A stretch of DNA of 64,000 bases from the IMG/VR virus record IMGVR_UViG_3300048496_000015. One strand, given 5' to 3'. The notes under the pieces were generated by a model, which did not search any database, was not told the DNA's origin, and saw only the letters and a program-made list of their open reading frames with translations. The DNA comes from a virus. Lineage: Duplodnaviria; Heunggongvirae; Uroviricota; Caudoviricetes. Below are positions 34,984 to 43,475 of this stretch, one piece after another (position 1 is the first letter of the stretch; the number at the start of each line of letters is the position of its first letter). A program made the translations under genes and the position numbers.

Positions 34984-35142
34984 CTACCTCACCAATCCCA
35001 CGTACACGAGATCCCTCGACTTCGACTTCTTCGATCCATCCACGCTCGTCTCCGTCACGGTGACTTGACGGCCCTTTCGGGTCTTCATCTTCCTCCGGAC
35101 GCCGTGCTTCGCGTCGGTCCTGGAGTAGAAACCGTGAACCAT
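34984..35142 (-). CDS. small basic protein (52 aa)
   Basis: MVHGFYSRTDAKHGVRRKMKTRKGRQV...; fills the gap between two genes. Confidence 0.3.
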   Translation of the reverse strand: MVHGFYSRTDAKHGVRRKMKTRKGRQVTVTETSVDGSKKSKSRDLVYVGLVR

Positions 35143-35143
35143 C

Positions 35144-35488
35144 TTACTGTTGCTGCGCCGCATCGTTTTCCTCCTTGTAAGCTTCCGTATCCAACTGGTT
35201 TAAGCGAGCATTATTTCTCTCTACCCAGAGATTGAATTCTGGTCTTTCTTGAAGGGTAGTGAGAATCTCCATTGTCTTGGGCTCATCAAGCTGCCCTGGC
35301 AGAACATAGAGCTTCCAGATCCTTTTAAAACGTTTGAACCCCTCCAGATCTCTCACCGCATCATGCTCATATGCGGCGAGTATCTTCATCCGATCGATGC
35401 CGAGGATCTTGAAGTTGCTCCTACTCTCCATTCTTCTCCGCCTTGAGCTCCGAGTCGGCCCTGCTCCATCCATCAATTTCGGTTCCAT
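35144..35488 (-). CDS. hypothetical protein, NFKI family, tandem paralogue of 35573-35806
   Basis: ...SNFKILGIDRMKILAAYEHDAVRDLEGFKRF. Confidence 0.55.
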   Translation of the reverse strand: MEPKLMDGAGPTRSSRRRRMESRSNFKILGIDRMKILAAYEHDAVRDLEGFKRFKRIWKLYVLPGQLDEPKTMEILTTLQERPEFNLWVERNNARLNQLDTEAYKEENDAAQQQ

Positions 35489-35572
35489 CCGCTTTATCGG
35501 TGGCCTCTTGTTCGGAGTCGGCCTCGACCTCGATTGAGTAATAGACGCTATAACTCACAGTCCATTTGGGCT

Positions 35573-35806
35573 TCACAAGCTCTTCTCTTTCTTCTGATCT
35601 TCTCGAGAGAGATCTACAACGGTAAATCCATTCCGGCCCCACCACGAGCCGTAACGAAGACCGTAAACTTCGTGCATCTTCTTTCCGTCACAATGTGCGT
35701 TAAAAAACTTTTTGAGCCTTTGAAACCAAGCAATATCCTTAACTGCATCGTGTTCAAATCGTTCCAACTCCCTCATTCGATCGATGCCGACTATCTTGAA
35801 ATTCAT
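35573..35806 (-). CDS. hypothetical protein, NFKI family
   Basis: MNFKIVGIDRMRELERFEHDAVKDIAWFQRL. Confidence 0.55.
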   Translation of the reverse strand: MNFKIVGIDRMRELERFEHDAVKDIAWFQRLKKFFNAHCDGKKMHEVYGLRYGSWWGRNGFTVVDLSREDQKKEKSL

Positions 35807-35952
35807 CTTCCACTCGAGTAGAGACTACCGGTCACTGCCATGGCCAAGAACCCGATCAGCGAAAGCGGCCAGATAGCCATCAGCCCGATACATTTCCAAT
35901 CGACACGTCTCCCGCGTTTAGGACCCCAGAAGGCCGTTAGCCCGAGTAACAT
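35804..35952 (-). CDS. small membrane peptide (49 aa)
   Basis: MLLGLTAFWGPKRGRRVDWKCIGLMAIWPLSLIGFLAMAV...; ATGA overlap with MNFKIVGID gene. Confidence 0.35.
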
Positions 35953-35978
35953 GATTATCAAGTACGCCCATACCCAAA

Positions 35979-36227
35979 TCATTTCTTATCATGGTCACTT
36001 GCATGACCAAGCGCCGCTGCTTGAGCTAAAAGGCCCCATAAAAGCATCACTATGGCGATGGGAACAGAGATCCAAGGGGTCATCCACATGTTTTTGATGA
36101 GTTCGATACATCCCTCTTGGCCTACGATGTCCTGAAAAAGAGACATGGCTGCAGCCATAGAGAGAACTCCGCACCACCATGAAGTCCCAGCAACAGACTT
36201 CATTGAATGTTTCTTCTCTTTTGCCAT
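35979..36227 (-). CDS. small membrane protein
   Basis: 82 aa with two hydrophobic segments. Confidence 0.5.
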   Translation of the reverse strand: MAKEKKHSMKSVAGTSWWCGVLSMAAAMSLFQDIVGQEGCIELIKNMWMTPWISVPIAIVMLLWGLLAQAAALGHASDHDKK

Positions 36228-36527
36228 TTAATCCTCCGGCTCAATAGAGAAGGTCAGAGGGAATTTATTCATTCGGGCTATCGCGTGAGCCTTCTCTACA
36301 TGGAATTCAGCTCGTTCGAGAGGTTCCACCACAACCAGGGCTACTTGCTTCGAGTGAGCCTCGAGCATGATCCGCGTAGATTCCGCGAGATCCTTATTGA
36401 AGACTTTGGATAGAACCAGAACTACGAAATCCATCGGAGTCTTCGGATCATCGTGGATGAGTACCCGATACATCTTGATGTATCCGGTACGCGTTTTAGT
36501 CTCCTGAATGGTATCCGTATCAGACAC
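36228..36527 (-). CDS. clpS: ClpS-like adaptor (copy 2)
   Basis: YRVLIHDDPKTPMDFVVLVLSKVFNKDLAESTRIMLEAHSKQVALVVVEPLERAEFHVEKA. Confidence 0.8.
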   Translation of the reverse strand: MSDTDTIQETKTRTGYIKMYRVLIHDDPKTPMDFVVLVLSKVFNKDLAESTRIMLEAHSKQVALVVVEPLERAEFHVEKAHAIARMNKFPLTFSIEPED

Positions 36528-36867
36528 ATCGATCTCCTTCAGGGAGAGTTTCTTCGAACTGAGTCAGCTTGCCGGTCAGAGGCGAACGTCGCCGTAGCTC
36601 GTGTTCCTCTACTTGCGGAGGAGGAATGGGCTTCTTATCGGCCAACTCGATATAATCCTTGTCATGGACAACAGTCCGTCCGTTAATAGACGTCACGAGA
36701 TTCCTCTTCTCGTTCTCCATCAGGTCATACTCGAAAAGGACGATCGTCCCGATTTCAAGTCCTGACTCACGGAGACGAATGAACTCGTCCAAAGCTTCCT
36801 TTTCGTTCTCTTCCTGATAAAGGTTGATATACTCAGCTTTCCAATCAACCACGCCAAAAAGCTTCAT
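36520..36867 (-). CDS. hypothetical protein
   Basis: 115-aa track ORF. Confidence 0.5.
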   Translation of the reverse strand: MKLFGVVDWKAEYINLYQEENEKEALDEFIRLRESGLEIGTIVLFEYDLMENEKRNLVTSINGRTVVHDKDYIELADKKPIPPPQVEEHELRRRSPLTGKLTQFEETLPEGDRCV

Positions 36868-37565
36868 TACAGACTCTCCTTCAGCTTTTGAACAACCTCA
36901 TCAATATGAGATACACCTGAAGGAGGTGGAGCACACCTTACTCCATGGTGTTCATTACGACGACTCAAAGTCTCCGTCGAGCCTCCAGGACGGGTCCACC
37001 AAGAATCAAGTGCCCACTTATCCTCAATAAGGTCGTAAAGAGCGACCATGTTGGGGTGAGCGTTGTGATAACAACTCGTTGCGAGGTTAACCAAGATGGC
37101 GATTGCATCAGGCTTAGTATCCGGTTTAGCCAGTTCCTGGTCAGAATAGCGACGGTAAATAATCCTCTTACACTTGGCTTTGTCGGCTCTTATCAGGGTA
37201 GGAGGACCTTGATTGGGATGTTTAACCTTACACCAAGAATATTTACATCCTGCATCAAAGTGCTTGAGAGTCTCTCTAAGCCGATCTTCATTGTGACGCC
37301 CCCAACCGAAAAAGCTCGAACGTTTCTCAGAGCGGTAGTCAGCTAAGTCCTTTATAACTCTTTCTCTTGTCATGCTATGGACTTCACTGCATTGCCAGTT
37401 TGTCCGCTGAGCCCTGTTCTCGTAAATGGCACTCTTTTCTTTGTAGCCACAATCTTCGTGAGTACACGTCTCCGACAGTGTGGTACGCTTAAAAAAGCCG
37501 AGAGTCTCGGCCTCCAAGACGAACGCTTTATGCTTAAGGAGGGGTTCTTTCTTCATCGGTCCCAC
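36867..37565 (-). CDS. hypothetical protein (232 aa)
   Basis: track ORF. Confidence 0.55.
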   Translation of the reverse strand: MGPMKKEPLLKHKAFVLEAETLGFFKRTTLSETCTHEDCGYKEKSAIYENRAQRTNWQCSEVHSMTRERVIKDLADYRSEKRSSFFGWGRHNEDRLRETLKHFDAGCKYSWCKVKHPNQGPPTLIRADKAKCKRIIYRRYSDQELAKPDTKPDAIAILVNLATSCYHNAHPNMVALYDLIEDKWALDSWWTRPGGSTETLSRRNEHHGVRCAPPPSGVSHIDEVVQKLKESL

Positions 37566-38059
37566 TCATTCCCGCCCAATTCAACTGGCTCCACTTTCAT
37601 GCCCTTAGGAATCCGACTCCGGTAAACGAAATAGATCAACTCGCCATCCTTGATGTGGCGAAAACGCCTCTTAATCCAGTCGGATTCAGGCTTCTTGCGT
37701 CTATCGTCAGTCACAAGCTTCCAGGTTGATTCACCTTCATTACCTATAATAGAAACCCATGCTCTCCTGGTATAAGGGGAGTTGGTCGCCTCAACCAAGG
37801 AAGCAATCCTATTTGCCGGATTTGCGATACCTTTACGGCGAAGAACGATGTAATGTGTCATCACGAGATAAGCATTGTCCTCTTCCAGTTCTCGGGGATG
37901 CTCTTTCCACCCGAAGGAGAGGTGATAATACGCTTGTAGCTTACTCAGCGGATCCTTTGGGAGAGGTTTGAGATGACTCACTACTCCAACTTTTTCGTCC
38001 GAGATCAAGCTACAACCGTCCTTCCATCGGCACCGTCGCGCCACTTGATCTTGATCCAA
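37553..38059 (-). CDS. hypothetical protein
   Basis: 168-aa track ORF. Confidence 0.5.
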   Translation of the reverse strand: MDQDQVARRCRWKDGCSLISDEKVGVVSHLKPLPKDPLSKLQAYYHLSFGWKEHPRELEEDNAYLVMTHYIVLRRKGIANPANRIASLVEATNSPYTRRAWVSIIGNEGESTWKLVTDDRRKKPESDWIKRRFRHIKDGELIYFVYRSRIPKGMKVEPVELGGNEWDR

Positions 38060-38631
38060 TTGGGGTTCTTCTTCGACTCCTTCGTGTCTCCAACCAACTT
38101 GCTGAGCTTCCCCTTAAGGACGATCCCCTCGGTCGTCTTATCCGTCTTCGACCAAGCGAAGAGCTCCGAATAAGGAGTGAGACTCTTCCCATCAGAAACC
38201 CACTTGGGAAGCTGAAGCGGGAAAGCCTCGGGGTCATCGAGTTTCGAGAACACGCCCTCGAAAATCTTAATCACCTTGTCCCAGCGAAAGGCTTCGGGAT
38301 CTCTTCCCAACCACTCTCCGTTGAACCAAGGCATCCCGATTACATATAGCAGTTCTGGCCCATCGTAATCAGGGCGACGGCGCATCCACTCAGTATCGAG
38401 GACGGTGGCTGGGGGAAGGTCCAAGAACTTAACGGCCTTCCTCATCTCGTCGGCGACGGGAAGAGGCTTATTAACTCTCGACCAGAATGAGATATCGTCG
38501 TTGATGGTCACAGCACATCGCCATCCGTCATACTTCGCGGTCGCGATGTAGCCGCCCTGCATATCGAGATCAGGGAGGGATTTAGGGTCCCTACGCCAGG
38601 GCTTGTCGGGGAATCTACGAAGCAAATTCAT
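38005..38631 (-). CDS. minimal ATP-dependent ligase-type nucleotidyltransferase (adenylation domain only, 208 aa)
   Basis: motif I IATAKYDGWRCAV (KxDG), motif IV EGIVLKGK, motif V WIKIKWR. Confidence 0.65.
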   Translation of the reverse strand: MNLLRRFPDKPWRRDPKSLPDLDMQGGYIATAKYDGWRCAVTINDDISFWSRVNKPLPVADEMRKAVKFLDLPPATVLDTEWMRRRPDYDGPELLYVIGMPWFNGEWLGRDPEAFRWDKVIKIFEGVFSKLDDPEAFPLQLPKWVSDGKSLTPYSELFAWSKTDKTTEGIVLKGKLSKLVGDTKESKKNPNWIKIKWRDGADGRTVVA

Positions 38632-39017
38632 TTTCTCTCCTCCGGGTTACCACAATAAATGCAATGATCTTCATTCTCCTGATGAGCATCGTGATCGGAA
38701 GGAATTGTGTAGTGTTTACCATCAATTCCTTCAACGTAGTTGTCCTGTCCATCAGAATAAGAATTCTCTGGGCAGGTGCTGTAATAGTGGCAGGCGCTGT
38801 CTGGAGACTTCTTGCAACGCCAACCAAAGTCCTTACCGCAGCCAACACACCTTGCCCCAACGGACATCCATTCGTCCGCTAGATCCTTTGAAGACAGTGG
38901 AGAGAAGGAATGTTTACACTCTTCCGTCAGTTTCAGAATCGCTCTCCTGAGATCAAGACACTTGCTCTCAAGGGAACGAATCAAGGCTCGACGGTCTTTA
39001 TGCGACAAGTCGTTCAT
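38628..39017 (-). CDS. hypothetical Cys-rich protein
   Basis: 129-aa track ORF. Confidence 0.5.
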   Translation of the reverse strand: MNDLSHKDRRALIRSLESKCLDLRRAILKLTEECKHSFSPLSSKDLADEWMSVGARCVGCGKDFGWRCKKSPDSACHYYSTCPENSYSDGQDNYVEGIDGKHYTIPSDHDAHQENEDHCIYCGNPEERK

Positions 39018-39035
39018 CTCTCCACCATTAAAGAG

Positions 39036-39064
39036 GGTGGGCCGGGGAGTGGCCCCGGCCCACC
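39036..39064 (-). terminator. Rho-independent terminator candidate (12-bp GC stem, 5-nt loop)
   Basis: GGTGGGCCGGGG-AGTGG-CCCCGGCCCACC; minus-strand RNA continues with CUCUUUAAU. Confidence 0.55.
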
Positions 39065-39098
39065 GAAGACAGGAGGGTGCACTACGACAAAAAGAACG

Positions 39099-39704
39099 CT
39101 AAGCTCTCTTCACCGAAGCCTTCACCGGCCGAAGGATTCCGGCGTCAATCAGCTTGTTAGCCTTCTTCGCCACGTCGGGATTCGTGGACCGACCCTCGTG
39201 AAGGGCGTCGGTCGGCTTGATGAACTGCTTCACTTCGAAGTAGTTCTGGAAATTCTCCGCGCCAACCGCATTGATCAGCTTCTGGAGGATTGCCTGATCA
39301 CTGAGAGCGGCGTCCGTGAGCGAGATCTCAGTCACGTCCTTGAAGAGATGGGCCTTGTCGTCACCGAAAGCGTCTTCAAGTTGGCCGTTGTCGGAAGGGT
39401 CAATCGGAGAATACTTGTTCGCCACACTGACGGTGATCTTCCCATCGACCTTGACGGACGAGTAATACTTGCCGTCCCTGCGACACTCTTCGAGCCGCTT
39501 CTTTTCAACGGACTCCATGAAGGTATCCGCAGTCTCTTCCTTGCGGGACTTTGCGTCCTTTTCGTCCATGTGGGCTTGACACCACTTGTCGATCTGTTCC
39601 CTCAGATCGGGCAGTGAGACCGTGGGGGTTTTGGACTTGGACTTCCCGGCGGGTTTCTTACTGGCAGCCTGGGCCAGCATTCCAGCAACATCGAGCTTCG
39701 CCAT
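39099..39704 (-). CDS. hypothetical protein
   Basis: track ORF trimmed to ATG (MAKLDVAGM) with AAGGAGA SD; 135-nt leader upstream. Confidence 0.55.
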   Translation of the reverse strand: MAKLDVAGMLAQAASKKPAGKSKSKTPTVSLPDLREQIDKWCQAHMDEKDAKSRKEETADTFMESVEKKRLEECRRDGKYYSSVKVDGKITVSVANKYSPIDPSDNGQLEDAFGDDKAHLFKDVTEISLTDAALSDQAILQKLINAVGAENFQNYFEVKQFIKPTDALHEGRSTNPDVAKKANKLIDAGILRPVKASVKRA

Positions 39705-39856
39705 CGACCATCTCCTTATCAAGTGGGTTCGTCGGCTTTTCGTTGGCGGACGGCAACATGCCGCCTCGCAGACCTCAGATTAGCGTCCTGAACCCAGTGT
39801 CAGGAATCAAGTGTCAAATACAGCAGCGAGGGCCACCACCAGCCCATCACGGGCGG

Positions 39857-40240
39857 TCAGCGGCCGCAATCATCCGTTGGCTCGACCAGCCACTTGGTCC
39901 ATTCCAACGGTTTGAGGGCACATTCAAGGAGTTCAAAATAGTTTGGTCTACTCAAGCAAGGTACAGCAATCGGTTCGAAAAATGATTTGGGGAGTTCTTT
40001 CTCCTCTGCTGGATAGATGGCGGCCTCACGATACATTGAATTAGCCCCATTGTGAGATTTAACAACCAGATAAGCTGCCGCACGTCTCTTCGGTTCCCAC
40101 CCCGCCCCCGTGAGCAAGGGAATTGGCCCCAAAGTTGCTCGAATAAAGACTACCTCAGGCAGGGAGGGGTCGGCTTGAGCGGCCCAGCCTCGCTCCCTTA
40201 AACCTTCTGCTACTAGTTCAGCTGCGCTCGGTAACCCCAT
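39857..40240 (-). CDS. hypothetical protein
   Basis: 127-aa track ORF. Confidence 0.5.
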   Translation of the reverse strand: MGLPSAAELVAEGLRERGWAAQADPSLPEVVFIRATLGPIPLLTGAGWEPKRRAAAYLVVKSHNGANSMYREAAIYPAEEKELPKSFFEPIAVPCLSRPNYFELLECALKPLEWTKWLVEPTDDCGR

Positions 40241-40445
40241 ATTTCTGGTGTTCTTTAATGAGGAGGTCAGTCAGGGCTTCTTTCTCTTCTTCGAGATGGG
40301 CAACCTTCTTCTGGAGATTGTTCCGCTCCGTGTCAAGATTCGTGTAGCAAAACGAACACACAACATGTGAATCTGTTTTAGGACTATGTTTCTTAGAAGG
40401 ACAGAAAATGTCCTCTAATTCAACGTTTTTCATATCAGAAGCCAC
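40218..40445 (-). CDS. hypothetical protein
   Basis: 75-aa track ORF. Confidence 0.4.
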   Translation of the reverse strand: MASDMKNVELEDIFCPSKKHSPKTDSHVVCSFCYTNLDTERNNLQKKVAHLEEEKEALTDLLIKEHQKYGVTERS

Positions 40446-40499
40446 AGGATGAGAGTTACAAAAACCACGGCGTCAAACACCATCAACAAAGTGAAAGGA

Positions 40500-40961
40500 T
40501 CACAGTTTCGATAGAGCTTTGTCCACATGGCTGCTCAACCACGCTTTATTGAGTGAAGGAATCCGGAAACGTCCCCGTTTATTGAGGGGTCTTAAGTAGA
40601 GGATTCTCTTGCCCTCTTCGGGATGCATCATCTCAATGATGTATTCATGTCCATCGTAAAGAGCAAGTGACGTGTGTCCCTGTTGCTGAACGATGAGAGC
40701 TACGTTCTTATTGGGGTTCGCCAATTCACCGATCTTTAGATTATATTGGTTGTCATCGAATGTGAAGGGAGTCACAGATGCGTAACGACGCTCTGGGATG
40801 TTGATGACAAATGCCTCCTCAGCACAAGTCAACTTCAGACCCGGTGAAGTTTCCATCTTTAGAACCTCTGTCATCATAATGACAGGTTCACCATGTTGGC
40901 ACTCGCCGGGGAAATTTGGGTGCATCTTCCGATAGAGACACCCGCAGCTTCTACGCTTCAT
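40500..40961 (-). CDS. hypothetical protein
   Basis: 153-aa track ORF. Confidence 0.5.
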   Translation of the reverse strand: MKRRSCGCLYRKMHPNFPGECQHGEPVIMMTEVLKMETSPGLKLTCAEEAFVINIPERRYASVTPFTFDDNQYNLKIGELANPNKNVALIVQQQGHTSLALYDGHEYIIEMMHPEEGKRILYLRPLNKRGRFRIPSLNKAWLSSHVDKALSKL

Positions 40962-41190
40962 CGAATTTCACTCCTAATCCTTCAAGCTCTTTACGAGCAA
41001 GATCAAGATACCTGCGCTTTTGATCTCTATCCATCTTCTTCCAAGTCCCAGCACGAGCAGGGAGCTCAATATTGTCTAGAGATTTGCGACCATCTCTAAA
41101 CGTAGATTCAATGTACTTGAGCTTGCTCTCCGGCGAGGTGTAGAAGTGTTGCTGGGCGTAGAGATCAACCAAGAATTCGGAAGGTGTCAT
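40951..41190 (-). CDS. hypothetical protein
   Basis: track ORF trimmed to MTPSEFLV (ATGA overlap). Confidence 0.45.
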   Translation of the reverse strand: MTPSEFLVDLYAQQHFYTSPESKLKYIESTFRDGRKSLDNIELPARAGTWKKMDRDQKRRYLDLARKELEGLGVKFDEA

Positions 41191-41351
41191 GATTTCTTGG
41201 CGCGCTTGGTGTCCCACCAAGGCATCTGAGTCATGGCATCAGTATCAAAATGATCCTTACACATGTGCACGTCACCGATGCCATCGACCCACACATGTTC
41301 GAGCATTGCGTCCGTACCGCGAGCTTCACAAACGTAGCAGAAGGGTTCCAT
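41187..41351 (-). CDS. small Cys/His protein (54 aa)
   Basis: MEPFCYVCEARGTD...HMCKDH. Confidence 0.35.
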   Translation of the reverse strand: MEPFCYVCEARGTDAMLEHVWVDGIGDVHMCKDHFDTDAMTQMPWWDTKRAKKS

Positions 41352-41374
41352 GTTGCTTTCCTAATTAGACATCC

Positions 41375-41524
41375 CTTAAATACTACGGTCTCGTTTCATT
41401 CGTTCCTCACGAAAGGGATTAGCCATGTCAGGGACTCCTTTTGGCTTCTTCCCAAGATAGCGGCAAAGTTCAAAACCGCCGACAATAAAACAAAAGAGAA
41501 CAATAACCCCGATAATCCAGATCA
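41375..41524 (-). CDS. small membrane peptide (~49 aa)
   Basis: MIWIIGVIVLFCFIVGGFELCRYLGKK...; ATGA overlap upstream. Confidence 0.35.
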
Positions 41525-41851
41525 TAACGGCCCCATTTCTCTTATTCGCTGACCAACAACATGGTCATTGTAGGACCGAAGCATCCTGTAGAACTTCGGG
41601 AAGAACTCAGGATCAGCAGCAGGTAACTCTATTCCCGATTCAGGAAGGTGCATGTGTTCGAGGTTTTTTATCCACCTTACACTAGCGTCCTTAATGAGGA
41701 AAACAACGTTAGCAGTTTGGTGTTTAGGGAGATGATAGAGATATCGATACCCTAAATGCTCCCCCGTATGCCACTGACGAGGACTCGCATGAGCATCGTA
41801 CTCACTCTGAGCCGCCAACCAATCCTTGATGATCCATTGTAGGTGGATCAC
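41522..41851 (-). CDS. small protein of the DPxFF family
   Basis: IIKDWLAAQSEYD...ELPAADPEFFPKFYRML. Confidence 0.55.
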   Translation of the reverse strand: MIHLQWIIKDWLAAQSEYDAHASPRQWHTGEHLGYRYLYHLPKHQTANVVFLIKDASVRWIKNLEHMHLPESGIELPAADPEFFPKFYRMLRSYNDHVVGQRIREMGPL

Positions 41852-43227
41852 TTATCACCAAGAACGATATTCAGGATTTCGTAGGGATCCTTTAAACCCT
41901 TCTCATACTGAACCTCTCGGCACTTCTTGATGATGGTACCGAACTCTGGCGAGGGTTTCATATCGCGCTCAAGGAGATGTCTACCCATCACGACATCCTT
42001 CTCGGGCCTCTTATCAACGGAAATAACCCGAGCCATCCGCATGAACTCGTCGCCATGTTTGAAATCCTTGGCGAGAGCATCCGGTGACGTGCGGCCGAAG
42101 TGATCGGCGGACGACACTTTGTAAAGCATTTCCATCGTCGTGCCAGCCTCAGCTAAACGCCGGGCGAGCTTACGATAGCCCTTCGGGCCCACATTCGACT
42201 TTGGATGGGCGAAGTGTGCCGGAGCAAGATGGTCCTTGACCAAAGCAGATACCTGCGACACCAGGGCGAGCGGCGCTCGGAGTCGCTCCAAGAAGGCACG
42301 CGCAGGTTCCATACCTGCTTCTTCATGCCCGCGAGCCCTCCACCGACCCTCCTCAAATTGGGTCGTAGCGGCCTTACCGAAATCGTGAGCCAAAGCTCCA
42401 AACATCAGCGGGAGGTCGTGCTCGGGGACTCCCGTCCGCAGTTCAGCGGCGCAGTCGATCACCATCAGAGTATGGATATAGACGTCCCCCTCAGGATGCC
42501 AAACGGGATCCTGCTGAACATCAACGAGGTTATGGATCTCGGGAGCGATAATCCTATTGGCGTCGATTTCCTGTAAGAAGGCCACTCCTCGCGAGGGCTG
42601 AGATCCCTTGAGGAGAAGCTTGACCCACTCTTCCCAGAGTCGCTCGCCTGGAAGCTCCTTAAGAGCGTCAACAGTCGCTTTACACAAATCCAACGTCTCC
42701 GCATCCGGGCGTAGGTGGAATCGGGCAATAAACTGTGCGGCCCGCAAGATCCGAAGGGGATCCTCAACGAAGGTCTGGGGATCGGTAACACGGATGATCC
42801 TCTTACGGAGATCATCCTGCCCACCGAACGGATCGATGATCTCGCTGGTAAGAGGATCCATCGCGATGGAGTTCATCGTGAAGTCACGCCTACGCGCAGC
42901 ATCTTTGATGGACATGGAGGGATCCGGCTTAACCGTGAAACCCTTATGACCAACGCCGATCTTGGAATCACGGCGGGGAACCGAGATATCAAAACCTCCA
43001 ACCTTTAAGATGCCAAAAGCCCTACCTACCGCGTGGACGTCCCCAAAACGCTTCAGGGTGGTTTCGAGACGCTCCATAGGGAGCCCATAGACTTCGATAT
43101 CGACATCCTTAGGAGGTAAGCCTAGAAGTTGGTCGCGGACATAGCCGCCTACAACAAGAGCTCGACCACCTTGGCGGCGGATCGAATTTGCGATTTCTTT
43201 TACTTTGGTGTCCATATCTCTCCTCAC
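41848..43227 (-). CDS. cca: tRNA nucleotidyltransferase (CCA-adding enzyme) with C-terminal HD domain
   Basis: GGRALVVGGYVRDQLLGLPPKDVDIEV head motif, RILRAAQFIARF, HTLMV...LAHDFGK. Confidence 0.85.
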   Translation of the reverse strand: MRRDMDTKVKEIANSIRRQGGRALVVGGYVRDQLLGLPPKDVDIEVYGLPMERLETTLKRFGDVHAVGRAFGILKVGGFDISVPRRDSKIGVGHKGFTVKPDPSMSIKDAARRRDFTMNSIAMDPLTSEIIDPFGGQDDLRKRIIRVTDPQTFVEDPLRILRAAQFIARFHLRPDAETLDLCKATVDALKELPGERLWEEWVKLLLKGSQPSRGVAFLQEIDANRIIAPEIHNLVDVQQDPVWHPEGDVYIHTLMVIDCAAELRTGVPEHDLPLMFGALAHDFGKAATTQFEEGRWRARGHEEAGMEPARAFLERLRAPLALVSQVSALVKDHLAPAHFAHPKSNVGPKGYRKLARRLAEAGTTMEMLYKVSSADHFGRTSPDALAKDFKHGDEFMRMARVISVDKRPEKDVVMGRHLLERDMKPSPEFGTIIKKCREVQYEKGLKDPYEILNIVLGDK

Positions 43228-43475
43228 GCGTAAATGTCGATGTGCTCAACAGGTTTTTCTTGCCTGACTGGTTCTGTAACTTTCTTTTGAGTCCTGCCTA
43301 TATCCCATCCAAGCCACAACGAGAACGGTATCAATGCGATCATAACCCAGAAGATGCCAAATGGCGTTTCAATCATCGGATATCTCCCTACGTGTGGTAC
43401 AGCTACCCATTGGGGTGCTGTCTTTTCCAATAACTGTAGTAAGGTCCCTCGGGGCAGGATTGTTGATGCTGCCAC
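43224..43475 (-). CDS. small membrane protein
   Basis: 83-aa track ORF. Confidence 0.45.
   Translation of the reverse strand: MAASTILPRGTLLQLLEKTAPQWVAVPHVGRYPMIETPFGIFWVMIALIPFSLWLGWDIGRTQKKVTEPVRQEKPVEHIDIYA

Noticed and set aside
35421-35645. 74-aa track ORF bridging the two NFKI[LV]GIDRM paralogues
   Set aside because: It overlaps both neighbours by about 70 nt in a different frame. The neighbours are supported by paralogy. It may be spurious, but it is not confidently excluded because the region would otherwise be a 140-nt gap.
41371-41390. Motif AAATACTAC seen at 41380 and again at 60650 as a possible promoter element
   Set aside because: It occurs only twice. Neither copy is positioned consistently relative to a gene start. 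I cannot distinguish it from chance without a genome-wide count.
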